A DNA stretch of 64,000 bases, from positions 66,309 through 130,308 of the forward strand of contig CAZTOU010000009.1 in NCBI GenBank assembly GCA_964615365.1, written 5' to 3'. Position numbers and translations under genes: made by a program. The stretch is from an uncultured Spirochaetales bacterium. GTDB taxonomy: Bacteria > Myxococcota_A > UBA9160 > UBA6930. The notes under the pieces are model-generated. The model saw only the letters and a program-made list of their open reading frames with translations. It did not search any database and had not been told where the DNA came from. Positions 27,545 through 36,382 of this stretch are shown piece by piece (position 1 is the stretch's first letter; each line of letters begins with the position of its first letter).

Positions 27545-28203
27545 CGCCCGAGGAGAGACAGGGCGCGCGGCTGCGTCTCGGCGGTCTTCACGTACTGGCC
27601 GACGACGATGCGCGCTGGAGATGCGACCCGGTGACCCAGGCCCGCGCCGCCTGTGAGGGGGGCGCGGCGGTGGTGCAGCTGCGAGCCAAGCGCGCCATCG
27701 ACCGGGACGCACTGGCGTGGTGCAGGGCGATACGGGAGATCACTCGCGAATCGGGGACTCTCTTCATCGTCAACGACCGCTTCGATCTCGCCGTGGCCAC
27801 GGGAGCCGACGGCGTCCACCTGGGCCAGGAGGACCTCCCGCCCGACCGCATCCCCGCGGAGGCGCGCGAAGAGCTCCTCGTCGGACGATCCACCCACGAC
27901 GCCCTGCAGGCGCGCCGCGCCTGCCAGGAGCCGATCGACTACCTGGCCTTCGGCCCGGTCTTCGGAACCACGTCGAAGCAGAGCCCCTATGACGCTCGTG
28001 GCCTCACGGCGCTGGGCGAGATCGCTGCGCTCGCCGCACCTCTTCCGCTCGTCGCCATCGGTGGAATCGACCGGCATCGCGTGGCGGAGGTGATCCGCGC
28101 CGGCGCCTCGGGAGCGGCCGTGATCTCGGCGGTGGCGGCGGCAGAGGATCTGGTGGCCGCCACCCGCGCCCTGGTATCCGCCATCGAGGAGGCGACGCCG
28201 TGA
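27541..28203 (+). CDS. thiE: Thiamine-phosphate synthase
   Basis: GTGA overlap with the upstream stop. Motifs VQLRAK, GADGVHLGQEDL and AIGGI. Confidence 0.85.
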   Translation: MTPEERQGARLRLGGLHVLADDDARWRCDPVTQARAACEGGAAVVQLRAKRAIDRDALAWCRAIREITRESGTLFIVNDRFDLAVATGADGVHLGQEDLPPDRIPAEAREELLVGRSTHDALQARRACQEPIDYLAFGPVFGTTSKQSPYDARGLTALGEIAALAAPLPLVAIGGIDRHRVAEVIRAGASGAAVISAVAAAEDLVAATRALVSAIEEATP

Positions 28204-29432
28204 CGGATCCGGGTCTGCGCGCGATCTCGGCGCTCGGCCTGGTCGCTCTGATCGCGATCGCCTGGGCTTTCTCCACCGAGCGCCGAATCATTCCCTGGCG
28301 GGTGATCGCGTGGGGGCTCGGCCTCCAGCTGGCTCTGGCGCTGCTGCTCCTCAAGACCGCCTTCGGGCGCGCCTTCTTCGTGGCGGTGAATCAGGCGGTG
28401 GTCCAGTTCATCGGCTTCACCGACGCGGGCGTGGCGTTCGTCTTCGGTCCGCTCCAGGAGCTCGGCTTCTCCTTCGTCCTCGACGTGCTCCCCATCATCA
28501 TCTTCATGGGAAGCCTCTTCGCCATCCTCTATCACCTCGGCATCGTCCAGTGGGTGGTCACTGCACTGGCGAGGATTCTCTCCCGCTCCATGGGCCTCTC
28601 GGGTGCGGAGAGCCTCGCGGCGGTCGCCAACATCTTCGTCGGCATGGCCGAGGCGCCGCTCCTGGTGCGGCCCTATATCGAGCGGATGACCCGCTCCGAG
28701 CTCTTCACGGTAATGGCCACCGGCATGGCCACCATCGCGGGCTCGGTGCTGGTGGCCTACGCGAAGATGCTGGGAGATGGGAGCTTCGCCGGTCACCTGG
28801 TGACGGCGAGCCTGCTCTCGGCTCCCGCGGGCATTCTCATCGCCAAGGTCATGGTCCCCGAGACCGAGATCCCCGTGACCACCAGTGGCGGGCGGGCGAC
28901 GGTGGAGCGCACCTCGGTCAATCTGATCGACGCGGCCTCCGAGGGCGCCCTCGCCGCGCTCCGCCTGGCCGCCTACGTGGGAGCACTGCTGCTCGCCTTC
29001 GTCGCGTTGATCGCGATGCTGAACGGCCTGGTCGGCTGGGTGGGCGGTCTGCTGGGAGCTCCCGACCTGACTCTACAGTGGATCCTCGGGGTCCTCTTCG
29101 CACCCTTCGCGCTCTTGATGGGAATCCCCTGGTCCGAGGCCGTCCAGGTGGGATCGCTCCTCGGGGTGAAGACGGTGCTGAACGAATTCCTCGCCTTCCG
29201 CGATCTGGGAATCCTGATGGAGGCGGAGGCGCTCTCTCCGCGCTCGATCGTGATCTCCTCCTACGCGCTCTGCGGCTTCGCGAACTTCGGCTCCCTGGCG
29301 ATCCTGATCGGTGGCGTCGGCGGCATGGCGCCGAGCCGCCGCGGAGACCTGGCGCGCCTCGGACTTCGCTCGATCCTGGCCGGAACCCTCGCCACCATGA
29401 TGACCGGCTGCGTGGCGGGCATCCTGCTCTGA
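28200..29432 (+). CDS. NupC/NupG-family concentrative nucleoside transporter
   Basis: GTGA overlap with thiE. A polytopic membrane protein of about 410 aa with CNT-family blocks (VANIFVGMAEAPLLVRPYI, LCGFANFGSLAI). Confidence 0.85.
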   Translation: MTDPGLRAISALGLVALIAIAWAFSTERRIIPWRVIAWGLGLQLALALLLLKTAFGRAFFVAVNQAVVQFIGFTDAGVAFVFGPLQELGFSFVLDVLPIIIFMGSLFAILYHLGIVQWVVTALARILSRSMGLSGAESLAAVANIFVGMAEAPLLVRPYIERMTRSELFTVMATGMATIAGSVLVAYAKMLGDGSFAGHLVTASLLSAPAGILIAKVMVPETEIPVTTSGGRATVERTSVNLIDAASEGALAALRLAAYVGALLLAFVALIAMLNGLVGWVGGLLGAPDLTLQWILGVLFAPFALLMGIPWSEAVQVGSLLGVKTVLNEFLAFRDLGILMEAEALSPRSIVISSYALCGFANFGSLAILIGGVGGMAPSRRGDLARLGLRSILAGTLATMMTGCVAGILL

Positions 29433-29476
29433 CGGATTCCGCGCACGAGCCCCGGCAGGACACCTGCACCGCCGAA

Positions 29477-29971
29477 TCACGCGCCTGCATCCACGGCGAG
29501 GAGGTCCACTTCGAATTGCTCCGGCAGGAAGGTGAGCGGACTGTCTTCTCGTGTGAGACGCTCCCGGGCGAGGCGGCACCACGGAAGCAGGTAGCGGCGG
29601 CGTAGCTCCTCGATCAGGACGGGTTCCTCGCTTTCGATGGCGCAGGCGTAGACCTCGCAGGCCGCGCCCAGTTGGTCCGGGGGCAGATGGAACTCGTCGA
29701 AGTGCAGCTCCAGGTAGCTCATGGCGCGCATCCAGTCCTCCCTCGCGCGCGCACCTTCCAGCCGCAGCGCGGCGTGGAGAAGCAGCGGCACCTTCGGGGC
29801 AGGGTTCCCGACGTGAAAGGTGCTCCAGAACTCGGGGCCCAGCTCTTCGAAGGAGCCGGGCAGCGCCAGGGCCTCCCAGGCCTCCCTGCGCAGCGGCTCG
29901 GGCGCGACGGGGCTCCAGATGCGAGACCAGGCGATGAAGGGGAGCGCTGCCGTCGTGGAGTCCGCGCTCAC
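29477..29971 (-). CDS. TorD/NarJ/DmsD-like redox-enzyme maturation chaperone
   Basis: GTG at 29971 lies 5 nt after the stop of the molybdoenzyme gene. The central PPDQLGAACEVYA segment resembles the PDHLxxELEF block of the TorD family. The track ORF extension to 30121 overlaps the upstream gene. Confidence 0.65.
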   Translation of the reverse strand: MSADSTTAALPFIAWSRIWSPVAPEPLRREAWEALALPGSFEELGPEFWSTFHVGNPAPKVPLLLHAALRLEGARAREDWMRAMSYLELHFDEFHLPPDQLGAACEVYACAIESEEPVLIEELRRRYLLPWCRLARERLTREDSPLTFLPEQFEVDLLAVDAGA

Positions 29972-29976
29972 GCGTT

Positions 29977-32934
29977 CTACCCGCTCGCTTCCTTCCAGGG
30001 CCGGATTCCGACGCGCGTGTCCTGAACGAAGGAGCCCGGCTCGAAGTGGTTGATGCCGAAGCGGAGATGTCCTTCGCCGCCGGCCATGTGAAGGGGCTTC
30101 ATCAGACCGGGGATCAGCCACTTGTAGCTCTTGTGATCGGGGAACTGCACAGGCTCCCAGGCGTGGAAGTAGAAGGCCACGCCGGGCTGCACCATGCTGG
30201 CGTGCTTGATCCGCATGCGCATCTGGCCGAGCCGGTTGTAGAGTTCTCCCCAGGTGTTGTCACCGAGGCCCAGCCGCATCGCCTCCTCGGTGTTCAGGTA
30301 CAGGACCGGCTCGCCTCGCCCGAGGCGCATCAAGAGCGCCGTGTCACGCCACGTGGTGTGGATGCTCCACCGGCAGTGGCAGGAGACCAGCTGGAAGGGG
30401 TAGTCGCCGCCCGCCCTGGGGCTCTCCTTGTGGGTGGGCAGTGTCTCCCCGGCCTCGAGGAACCAGGGGTGATCGATGTAGAACTGCTGGCGCCCGGTCA
30501 GCGTAGGCCAGCGCCACTTGTACTCGACGAAGTGGGTCAGCGGGCTCAGCACTCCCTCGCCCTTCCAGTCGGGGTTGTAGAGGAAGGTGGGGCTGATGTT
30601 GAGCCCGGTGTTTCGGAACTTCTCGATGCCCGTCTTCTTCAGGCCTTCGACGGTCATGCCCAGAGCCGAAGGGCTGTCGTCGAGGACAGCTTGCGTGACC
30701 TTCTCGGCGTCCTTCGGTCCCCACTCCCCCTGGCAGGAGTACTCCTGGTGGAGCTCCTTCCAGTCCACCTCGAACTTGCCGCAGCCGTCGAACACGGGAG
30801 TGTTGCGGCGCCTGGCGATCTTCTCGATCTGCTTGGTGAGCAGCCAGTAGATCTCCCACTCGTCCTTGCTCTCGCCGATGGGTTTGACCGCTACGTCGCA
30901 GTAGTGCAGGTAGGGGACGTAGGTCAGGGCGTACTTGATGCCAGACTTCTCGTACCAGCCCGCGGCCGGGAGCAGGTAGTCCGCGTGCATGCCCGTGAAG
31001 CACTGCTTCTGGTCGATGACCACGACCAGATCGATGCCGGGCCACATGGTGTCGAGCATGCGTGCGGTGTGGTTGGAGCGGCGCAGCAGGTTGGCGCCAC
31101 CGCTCAAGTAGATCCGGGGCTGTCCCTTCCGGGGCAGCGCCGGCTGCCAGCCCTTCTCGGTCGCCTCCTCGTCGTAGGCGCCCAGGGGCCGCGGGAATAG
31201 CCCCTCCACCTCCTTGTCGAGATCCTCCTTGATCCCCTGATGGTGGTAGTCGAGCGTGGAGACGTTGGTCGCGCAGACGAACTCTTCCTGACCCCTGTCT
31301 GCCTGCTCGGCGAGGATCTGCTCCCAGCTCTTTCGCTCCTTCACGAAGTCGACGACGGCTTCGAAGGTTTCCTTGGGGGACAGCATTCCCCAGATCATCT
31401 GCAGCCGGCCGGGCAGGCCGGTGCGGCTCCTCTGCAGGCCCGAGCCGAAGCCGGCCACATCGATGAAGCCCGTGGAGTGGTAGCCCGAGCCCTTGCGGCC
31501 GAGGGCGCCCTTCATGGACAGGCACAGCAGCTTGGTGCGGTTCATCAGATCGGAGTGGATGAAGCGGTTCGAGCCCCAGCTCGAGAAGATCATCGGGCGC
31601 TTCGACCTCGCGAAGCCGTCCGCGAACTTCCGGATCAATCCCGGGGCGAGACCCGTCACCTGTCCGGCCGCCTCGAAGGTCCAGGGCTCGAGATGTTGCT
31701 TCACGATGCTACCGACCGGGGTCACTCCGACCTGGCTGCCGTCCTCGAGTTCGACCTCGAAGCTTCCCTCGATGGGCGGCTCGAAGCCTTCCACGATGAG
31801 CTTCCCGTCGTCGGCGCCCTCGGAGCCCGGAGCCGGCTCGGGCCGGCCCGCCTGCGGGTTCCACATGTAGAGGAGGTTGTCGCGGCCGCCTTCGAGGAGA
31901 TCCGCCTCGCGCAGGAAACGGCCGGTATCCGTCCGCACCAACAGCGGGAAGTCGGTCTGCTCGCGCACGTAGGGGAGATCGAGGTTGCCGCTCTCCCAGA
32001 TGTGGCGGGCGGTGGCCAGTCCCAGTGCGGCGTCCGTGCCCGTGCGAATCGGCAGCCAGTTGTCGGCGTGGATCGCGGTCGCGCTGTACTGCGGATCGAT
32101 CACGGTGAGCTCGGCACCGTTGTATCTGGCTTCGTGGAGGAAGTGGGCGTCAGAGATCTGCGTCACCGTCGGGTTCATCATCCAGACGACCGGGAAATCG
32201 GAGAGAAACCACTCGTCGCTGGAGCCACCCACGTGGGCAAAGCCCAGAGTGAGCGTGGCGCCGATGTTGAGGTCGCCGATCTCGGCCCAGTTGTCGGCGA
32301 AGATGCCGCCCGCCTTCATCTGGAACTTGAAGCGTCCCACCGTGCTGGCACCCAGATCGAAGTTCGGACCCAGATCCTGGTAGATGGTGTCGGTGCCGTA
32401 CTTCAGGGCGATGTCGACCATCTTCTCGGCGATCTCCTCGATCGCCTGCTCCCAGCTGATACGCTGCCAGCCGCCAGAGCCCCGCTCGCCCACGCGCTTC
32501 ATCGGGACCGTGAGTCGGCTCGGGCCGTACATCAGCTCCGTGTAGCAGGCGCCCTTCTGGCAGCCGCGCGGATTGAAATCCGGCACGCCAGCTTCGGAGG
32601 CCTCGTACCTGGCGCTCTGCTCCTCGCGCACGACGATCCCGTCTTTCACGTAGAGGTCCCAGGCGCAGGCGCTCCGGCAGTTGGCCCAGCCGTGGGAGCC
32701 CTTGGCGACCGAGTCCCAGGTCCAGCGCTGGCGGCAGAGATCTTCCCAGTTTTCGAGCTTCGCGGCTGTCCGAGAGGGATCGGTTCCCGGCAGGCCCGCG
32801 TGCGCGCTGCGCCAGAAGTGAAACAGTGGCAGCCCGGCGACTCCCGCCGCGGCCGCAGCAGTCGCCACACCGGAGATCTTGAGGAACTGCCGCCGGGTCG
32901 CCGCCCGCCCCGGTTGGGTCTGGGAATCACTCAT
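29977..32934 (-). CDS. Tat-exported molybdopterin oxidoreductase, type-II DMSO reductase family catalytic (alpha) subunit
   Basis: Perfect twin-arginine motif TRRQFLK plus an Ala-rich h-region. FS0 cluster motif HGWANCRSAC...RGCQKG follows WEDLCRQRWTWD and precedes YVKDGIVVREEQ, as in NarG/EbdA-type enzymes. Length is 985 aa. Confidence 0.9.
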   Translation of the reverse strand: MSDSQTQPGRAATRRQFLKISGVATAAAAAGVAGLPLFHFWRSAHAGLPGTDPSRTAAKLENWEDLCRQRWTWDSVAKGSHGWANCRSACAWDLYVKDGIVVREEQSARYEASEAGVPDFNPRGCQKGACYTELMYGPSRLTVPMKRVGERGSGGWQRISWEQAIEEIAEKMVDIALKYGTDTIYQDLGPNFDLGASTVGRFKFQMKAGGIFADNWAEIGDLNIGATLTLGFAHVGGSSDEWFLSDFPVVWMMNPTVTQISDAHFLHEARYNGAELTVIDPQYSATAIHADNWLPIRTGTDAALGLATARHIWESGNLDLPYVREQTDFPLLVRTDTGRFLREADLLEGGRDNLLYMWNPQAGRPEPAPGSEGADDGKLIVEGFEPPIEGSFEVELEDGSQVGVTPVGSIVKQHLEPWTFEAAGQVTGLAPGLIRKFADGFARSKRPMIFSSWGSNRFIHSDLMNRTKLLCLSMKGALGRKGSGYHSTGFIDVAGFGSGLQRSRTGLPGRLQMIWGMLSPKETFEAVVDFVKERKSWEQILAEQADRGQEEFVCATNVSTLDYHHQGIKEDLDKEVEGLFPRPLGAYDEEATEKGWQPALPRKGQPRIYLSGGANLLRRSNHTARMLDTMWPGIDLVVVIDQKQCFTGMHADYLLPAAGWYEKSGIKYALTYVPYLHYCDVAVKPIGESKDEWEIYWLLTKQIEKIARRRNTPVFDGCGKFEVDWKELHQEYSCQGEWGPKDAEKVTQAVLDDSPSALGMTVEGLKKTGIEKFRNTGLNISPTFLYNPDWKGEGVLSPLTHFVEYKWRWPTLTGRQQFYIDHPWFLEAGETLPTHKESPRAGGDYPFQLVSCHCRWSIHTTWRDTALLMRLGRGEPVLYLNTEEAMRLGLGDNTWGELYNRLGQMRMRIKHASMVQPGVAFYFHAWEPVQFPDHKSYKWLIPGLMKPLHMAGGEGHLRFGINHFEPGSFVQDTRVGIRPWKEASG

Positions 32935-33043
32935 CGCGCGCTCGCTCCTTCCCGCGGCCGATGCCGGGATGCCCGCCGCACCGCGAGCGCGTGGGCCTCA
33001 GGGCGGAGCCTCCAGCGGGCGCGGGTGCTGCCGGTCACTATGG

Positions 33044-33061
33044 TAAACGAACGTTCGTTTA
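33044..33061. promoter_or_regulatory. Perfect 18-bp palindrome TAAACGAACGTTCGTTTA (candidate repressor operator) upstream of the molybdoenzyme gene
   Basis: It lies in the 214-bp noncoding gap, 110 bp 5' of the ATG at 32934. In gene orientation it sits between a -35-like TGGACT and a -10-like TACCAT, and CCTGGAC (33064..33070 on the minus strand) flanks it as at 15144. Confidence 0.5.
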
Positions 33062-33148
33062 GAGTCCAGGTCAGCGCCCCTTGTAGCTGGGGTCGGGGGG
33101 GGCCAGTACTTGACTGGGACGCGGCCTCCTTGGGGCGAAGTCAGACGC

Positions 33149-34003
33149 TCAGACGTCCTCTTCCAGCCAGTATTCCCATTGGCAGGCGTAGTCGACTGGG
33201 TCGCGGTATGGAGGCAATGATGCTGCACGACACCGCATGCCCCTGTTGACCAGCTCGCCAGAGAGGCGCATACCGATCACGCAGATCACACAGGCGTGCT
33301 CGCGGCGAGCCACATCCTCGTCTCGGAAGCGATCCCAGGCGGGACAGCGCCTGTGTATCAGCCAGCCGTGGTTGGGGTCATCCAGCCTGAACTCAACCTC
33401 CAGCAGCCCCACCTCACCCGGTGCCAGCTGGAAGCCGCGTAGGAGATCCGCCACGCTGGCGCCTTCAACGCCTGCCGCCTCCAATCCGATTCTCAGGTCG
33501 TGTTCTGCACCGCCGCGATCCAGCCAGACCTCCTTCTCCAGGCTCATGGCCGTCGCGGAGTCCAAGCGGAGCTCCGCGGCTTCGTACCAGCGGCCGGTCA
33601 ACATCATGTAGGTCAGGGCGGCGATGTTCCACAGCAGGACCAGTGCTCTTGGCGACAGCCGCTGCACCTCCAGCCTCGCGTCCAGGGGCTCCGGCAGCAG
33701 GCCCGCTTCGTAGCGCCCGAAGGTGAGCAGCTCCGGCATCGCCTTGACGACCCTGGCCATCAAGTCCAAGTCGGCGCGGAACTGCTCGTCGACGCCTCCC
33801 CCGACAGCGAGGGGGGCCACCTCGCGCGCGATCTCGTCGCAGGTCTCGTCATCCCACCGGGCTGTCACGGTACCGCGCCACAGATTCATCAGGTTCTGGT
33901 AAGCCCGTGCCGTCTCCTCGCAGAGGGTGATCAGCTTCTCGCGCGGCAGCGCTTCGAGGTCGGGATTGGGATCAAACATCAGATGGGTGGCCGTCTCGCT
34001 CAT
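33149..34003 (-). CDS. Hypothetical cytoplasmic protein with a C-terminal Cys cluster (284 aa)
   Basis: ATG at 34003 follows a GAGGTG RBS; the TTG at 34123 is the track start. No signal peptide. The C-terminus has HRRCPAW...HACVICV...RCRA...YACQWEYW. I cannot identify a family with confidence. Confidence 0.6.
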   Translation of the reverse strand: MSETATHLMFDPNPDLEALPREKLITLCEETARAYQNLMNLWRGTVTARWDDETCDEIAREVAPLAVGGGVDEQFRADLDLMARVVKAMPELLTFGRYEAGLLPEPLDARLEVQRLSPRALVLLWNIAALTYMMLTGRWYEAAELRLDSATAMSLEKEVWLDRGGAEHDLRIGLEAAGVEGASVADLLRGFQLAPGEVGLLEVEFRLDDPNHGWLIHRRCPAWDRFRDEDVARREHACVICVIGMRLSGELVNRGMRCRAASLPPYRDPVDYACQWEYWLEEDV

Positions 34004-34159
34004 TGTCGGCACCTCGGCTCTCTTGGGAGGGGTGGTAGTCGGCAGATCTTGGTTCCAACCCGCGGGCCGCTTTCCCTGTGCGTGCCATGACTCCATCCTC
34101 TCAAGGAATGGAGCCTCCGGCAAACCCGGGGCGGTTCAGGCCCTGACCCCTGTTCGGGT

Positions 34160-36193
34160 TCACGGCTTCGCCATCGCGTCCGTCGCGGAGGCCCGCGCCT
34201 CGGCCAGCATCCGCTGGGCGCGAGGGTCCTCACGCACCGCGCCAGCCCGGGCGAGGTGTGCCGCGGAGCCCTCGGGATCGCCGAGCGCCGCCGCGTGGAT
34301 GGCGGCGTGCATGTGGTCCCGCTGCGAGTCCGGTGCCGCTGTGAGGACCCGCCGGTAGGCCGCCAGTGCGCGTCTGGATTCACCCGCCGTCTCCCAGGCA
34401 TCGGCCATGCGGCGAAGCGACACGATGTCCGAGCCGACGAGGCGCAGCGCCGCCGCCTCTTCGAGCTCCGTGCAGGCCAGGTCGACGAGCACGGCGCAGG
34501 TCTGCATCTGTTCCAGATGTCCGCTGCCGTCGTCGGGGTCCAGCGCGAGCGCGTATGCCAGGACCTCCCGCGCCTCGGCCGGCTGGCCCGTCTCCCGCAG
34601 CACGACACCGAGCTGCTGCCAGTAGGGCGCCGAGCGGGGCTGGAGCTCGGCGGCGCGACGGGCGTGATGGCGTGCCTCCTCGGCATCGTTGCGACGCAGT
34701 GCGACCACGGCGAGCTTGCCGTGCGCCTGCGCGCTCCGGGGATGCAGCGCGACGAGACGCCGCAACGCCTCGCCGGCCTCCTCCAACCGTCCTGCGGCCA
34801 GTGCCAGCTCGGCCTCGTGGTAGGAGCGGTGCTGGACCAGCCCATCCTTGGGGTCGATGACCGGACCTTCGGGCATGCGACCCGGCTCGTCTGGAAGCGC
34901 GTAGCCCAGCGCCCCGAGCTGGGCCCGGGTACTGGGGTCGAGGGTCACCGTCTGGGAGCTGGCGGTGACCTCGAGCCGGGCGTCGAGCGCGGTCTCGAGC
35001 TCCATACGCAGGGCCGCGTGCCGGGGATCGTCGTGCACGTTGTTCGTCTGAGACGGGTCCCCGGCCAATACGTAGAGCTCCGAACGCGGCGCCCGGATCA
35101 GCAGGGCGTCGGTGGAGCGCATGCCGTGGAGCGGCGCCCAGCCCTGGTCGATCTGTGTGGCCAGCGACTCCACGTAGGCAAGCCGATCGACCGGCGCCGA
35201 CGCATCGCGGAGCAGCGGTGTCAGGTCGCGACCGTCGAGCTCCGAAGACGGTGCCAGCGGAGCCACGCCAGCCCGCGCCAACAGCGTCGGCGCTACGTCG
35301 GCCAGGCGCACCACGGTATCCTCCCGCCGGGCCACCGGCACCCCAGGGCCCCGCAGCAACAGCGGCACCCGCTGCGTGGCGTCGTACACCGTGTAGGCGT
35401 GGGTGGCCTCTTCGTGCTCGCCCAGGCTCTCTCCATGGTCGGCGGTCACGGCGACCAGGGTCTTCGCGAGGCGTCCCGACCCTTCCAGGTGCGCCAGCAG
35501 CCCGCCGAGCTCAGCGTCCACGTACGCGATCTCGCCGTCGTAGGGATGTGCCATGCGGTCAAAGGGGGGAGGCGGCTGGTACGAGGAGTGGGGGTCGTAG
35601 AAATGGACGAAGAGGAAGAAGGGCTCCGGTGCGCGGGCCAGCCAGGACCATGCGGCCTCGCGGACGGCCCTGGCGTCGCGCTGGGCGGCGGCACCTCCCA
35701 CCCGGCCCGCTTGGGGCACGATGGCGTCGTCGTAGTGGTCGAAGCCCTGCGCCAGTCCGTAGCGTGCGGAGAGCACTGCGGCGCCCACCACGGCCCCGGT
35801 GGTGTAGCCCGCCTCCCGAAACCGTTCGGCCAGGGTGGTCACCGACTCGGGCAGGCAATGGATGCCGTTGTGTCGCACGCCGTGACGCGGCGGGTCCAGG
35901 GCGGTGAGCAGCGTAGCGTGGGATGGAAGGGTGAGGGGCGCCGGCGAGAGCGCCTGGGTGAAGCGCACCCCCTCGCGCGCGATCCGGTCCAGGGTGGGCG
36001 TGCTGGCGCGCTCGGCGCCGTAGGCCCCCACGTGGTCGGCTCGCAGGGTGTCGATGCTGACCAGCAGGACGTTGGGCTTCCCCTCGAGCGGGGCCGGGAG
36101 CACCGCTCCGCCCTTCGCGGACCCGTCACAGGCCGAGAGCGCCGCGCACGCGAGCAGGCCGAAAAGGGCTGCGCTCCGCGCCGTCCAGGACAT
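34160..36193 (-). CDS. Sulfatase-fold (alkaline-phosphatase superfamily) lipoprotein fused to C-terminal TPR repeats
   Basis: ATG at 36193; the track ORF extension to 36967 is antisense junk over ppgK. Lipobox LSAC. Metal-site block VLLVSIDTLRADHVGAYG and ADHGESLGEH. The FGly site reads PLTLPSHATLLT (Thr and His replace Cys and Arg). The last ~240 aa are TPR-like. Confidence 0.85.
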   Translation of the reverse strand: MSWTARSAALFGLLACAALSACDGSAKGGAVLPAPLEGKPNVLLVSIDTLRADHVGAYGAERASTPTLDRIAREGVRFTQALSPAPLTLPSHATLLTALDPPRHGVRHNGIHCLPESVTTLAERFREAGYTTGAVVGAAVLSARYGLAQGFDHYDDAIVPQAGRVGGAAAQRDARAVREAAWSWLARAPEPFFLFVHFYDPHSSYQPPPPFDRMAHPYDGEIAYVDAELGGLLAHLEGSGRLAKTLVAVTADHGESLGEHEEATHAYTVYDATQRVPLLLRGPGVPVARREDTVVRLADVAPTLLARAGVAPLAPSSELDGRDLTPLLRDASAPVDRLAYVESLATQIDQGWAPLHGMRSTDALLIRAPRSELYVLAGDPSQTNNVHDDPRHAALRMELETALDARLEVTASSQTVTLDPSTRAQLGALGYALPDEPGRMPEGPVIDPKDGLVQHRSYHEAELALAAGRLEEAGEALRRLVALHPRSAQAHGKLAVVALRRNDAEEARHHARRAAELQPRSAPYWQQLGVVLRETGQPAEAREVLAYALALDPDDGSGHLEQMQTCAVLVDLACTELEEAAALRLVGSDIVSLRRMADAWETAGESRRALAAYRRVLTAAPDSQRDHMHAAIHAAALGDPEGSAAHLARAGAVREDPRAQRMLAEARASATDAMAKP

Positions 36194-36382
36194 GCAGGGA
36201 CCATCGGGTGGGCAGCGAAACGGCTTGAGGCTGACCTCTCCCCATGTGAGGCCACACCCTTCGCTCGGAGATCCTCCTCCAGTGACTGGGGACGTCGTTG
36301 AGAACCGAACCGTTTCGCGTCTCCGCGATCGGTGTACAATCGCGCCGTCCTCGGTTGGACGGGAAGGGAAGCGCGACGAGAT

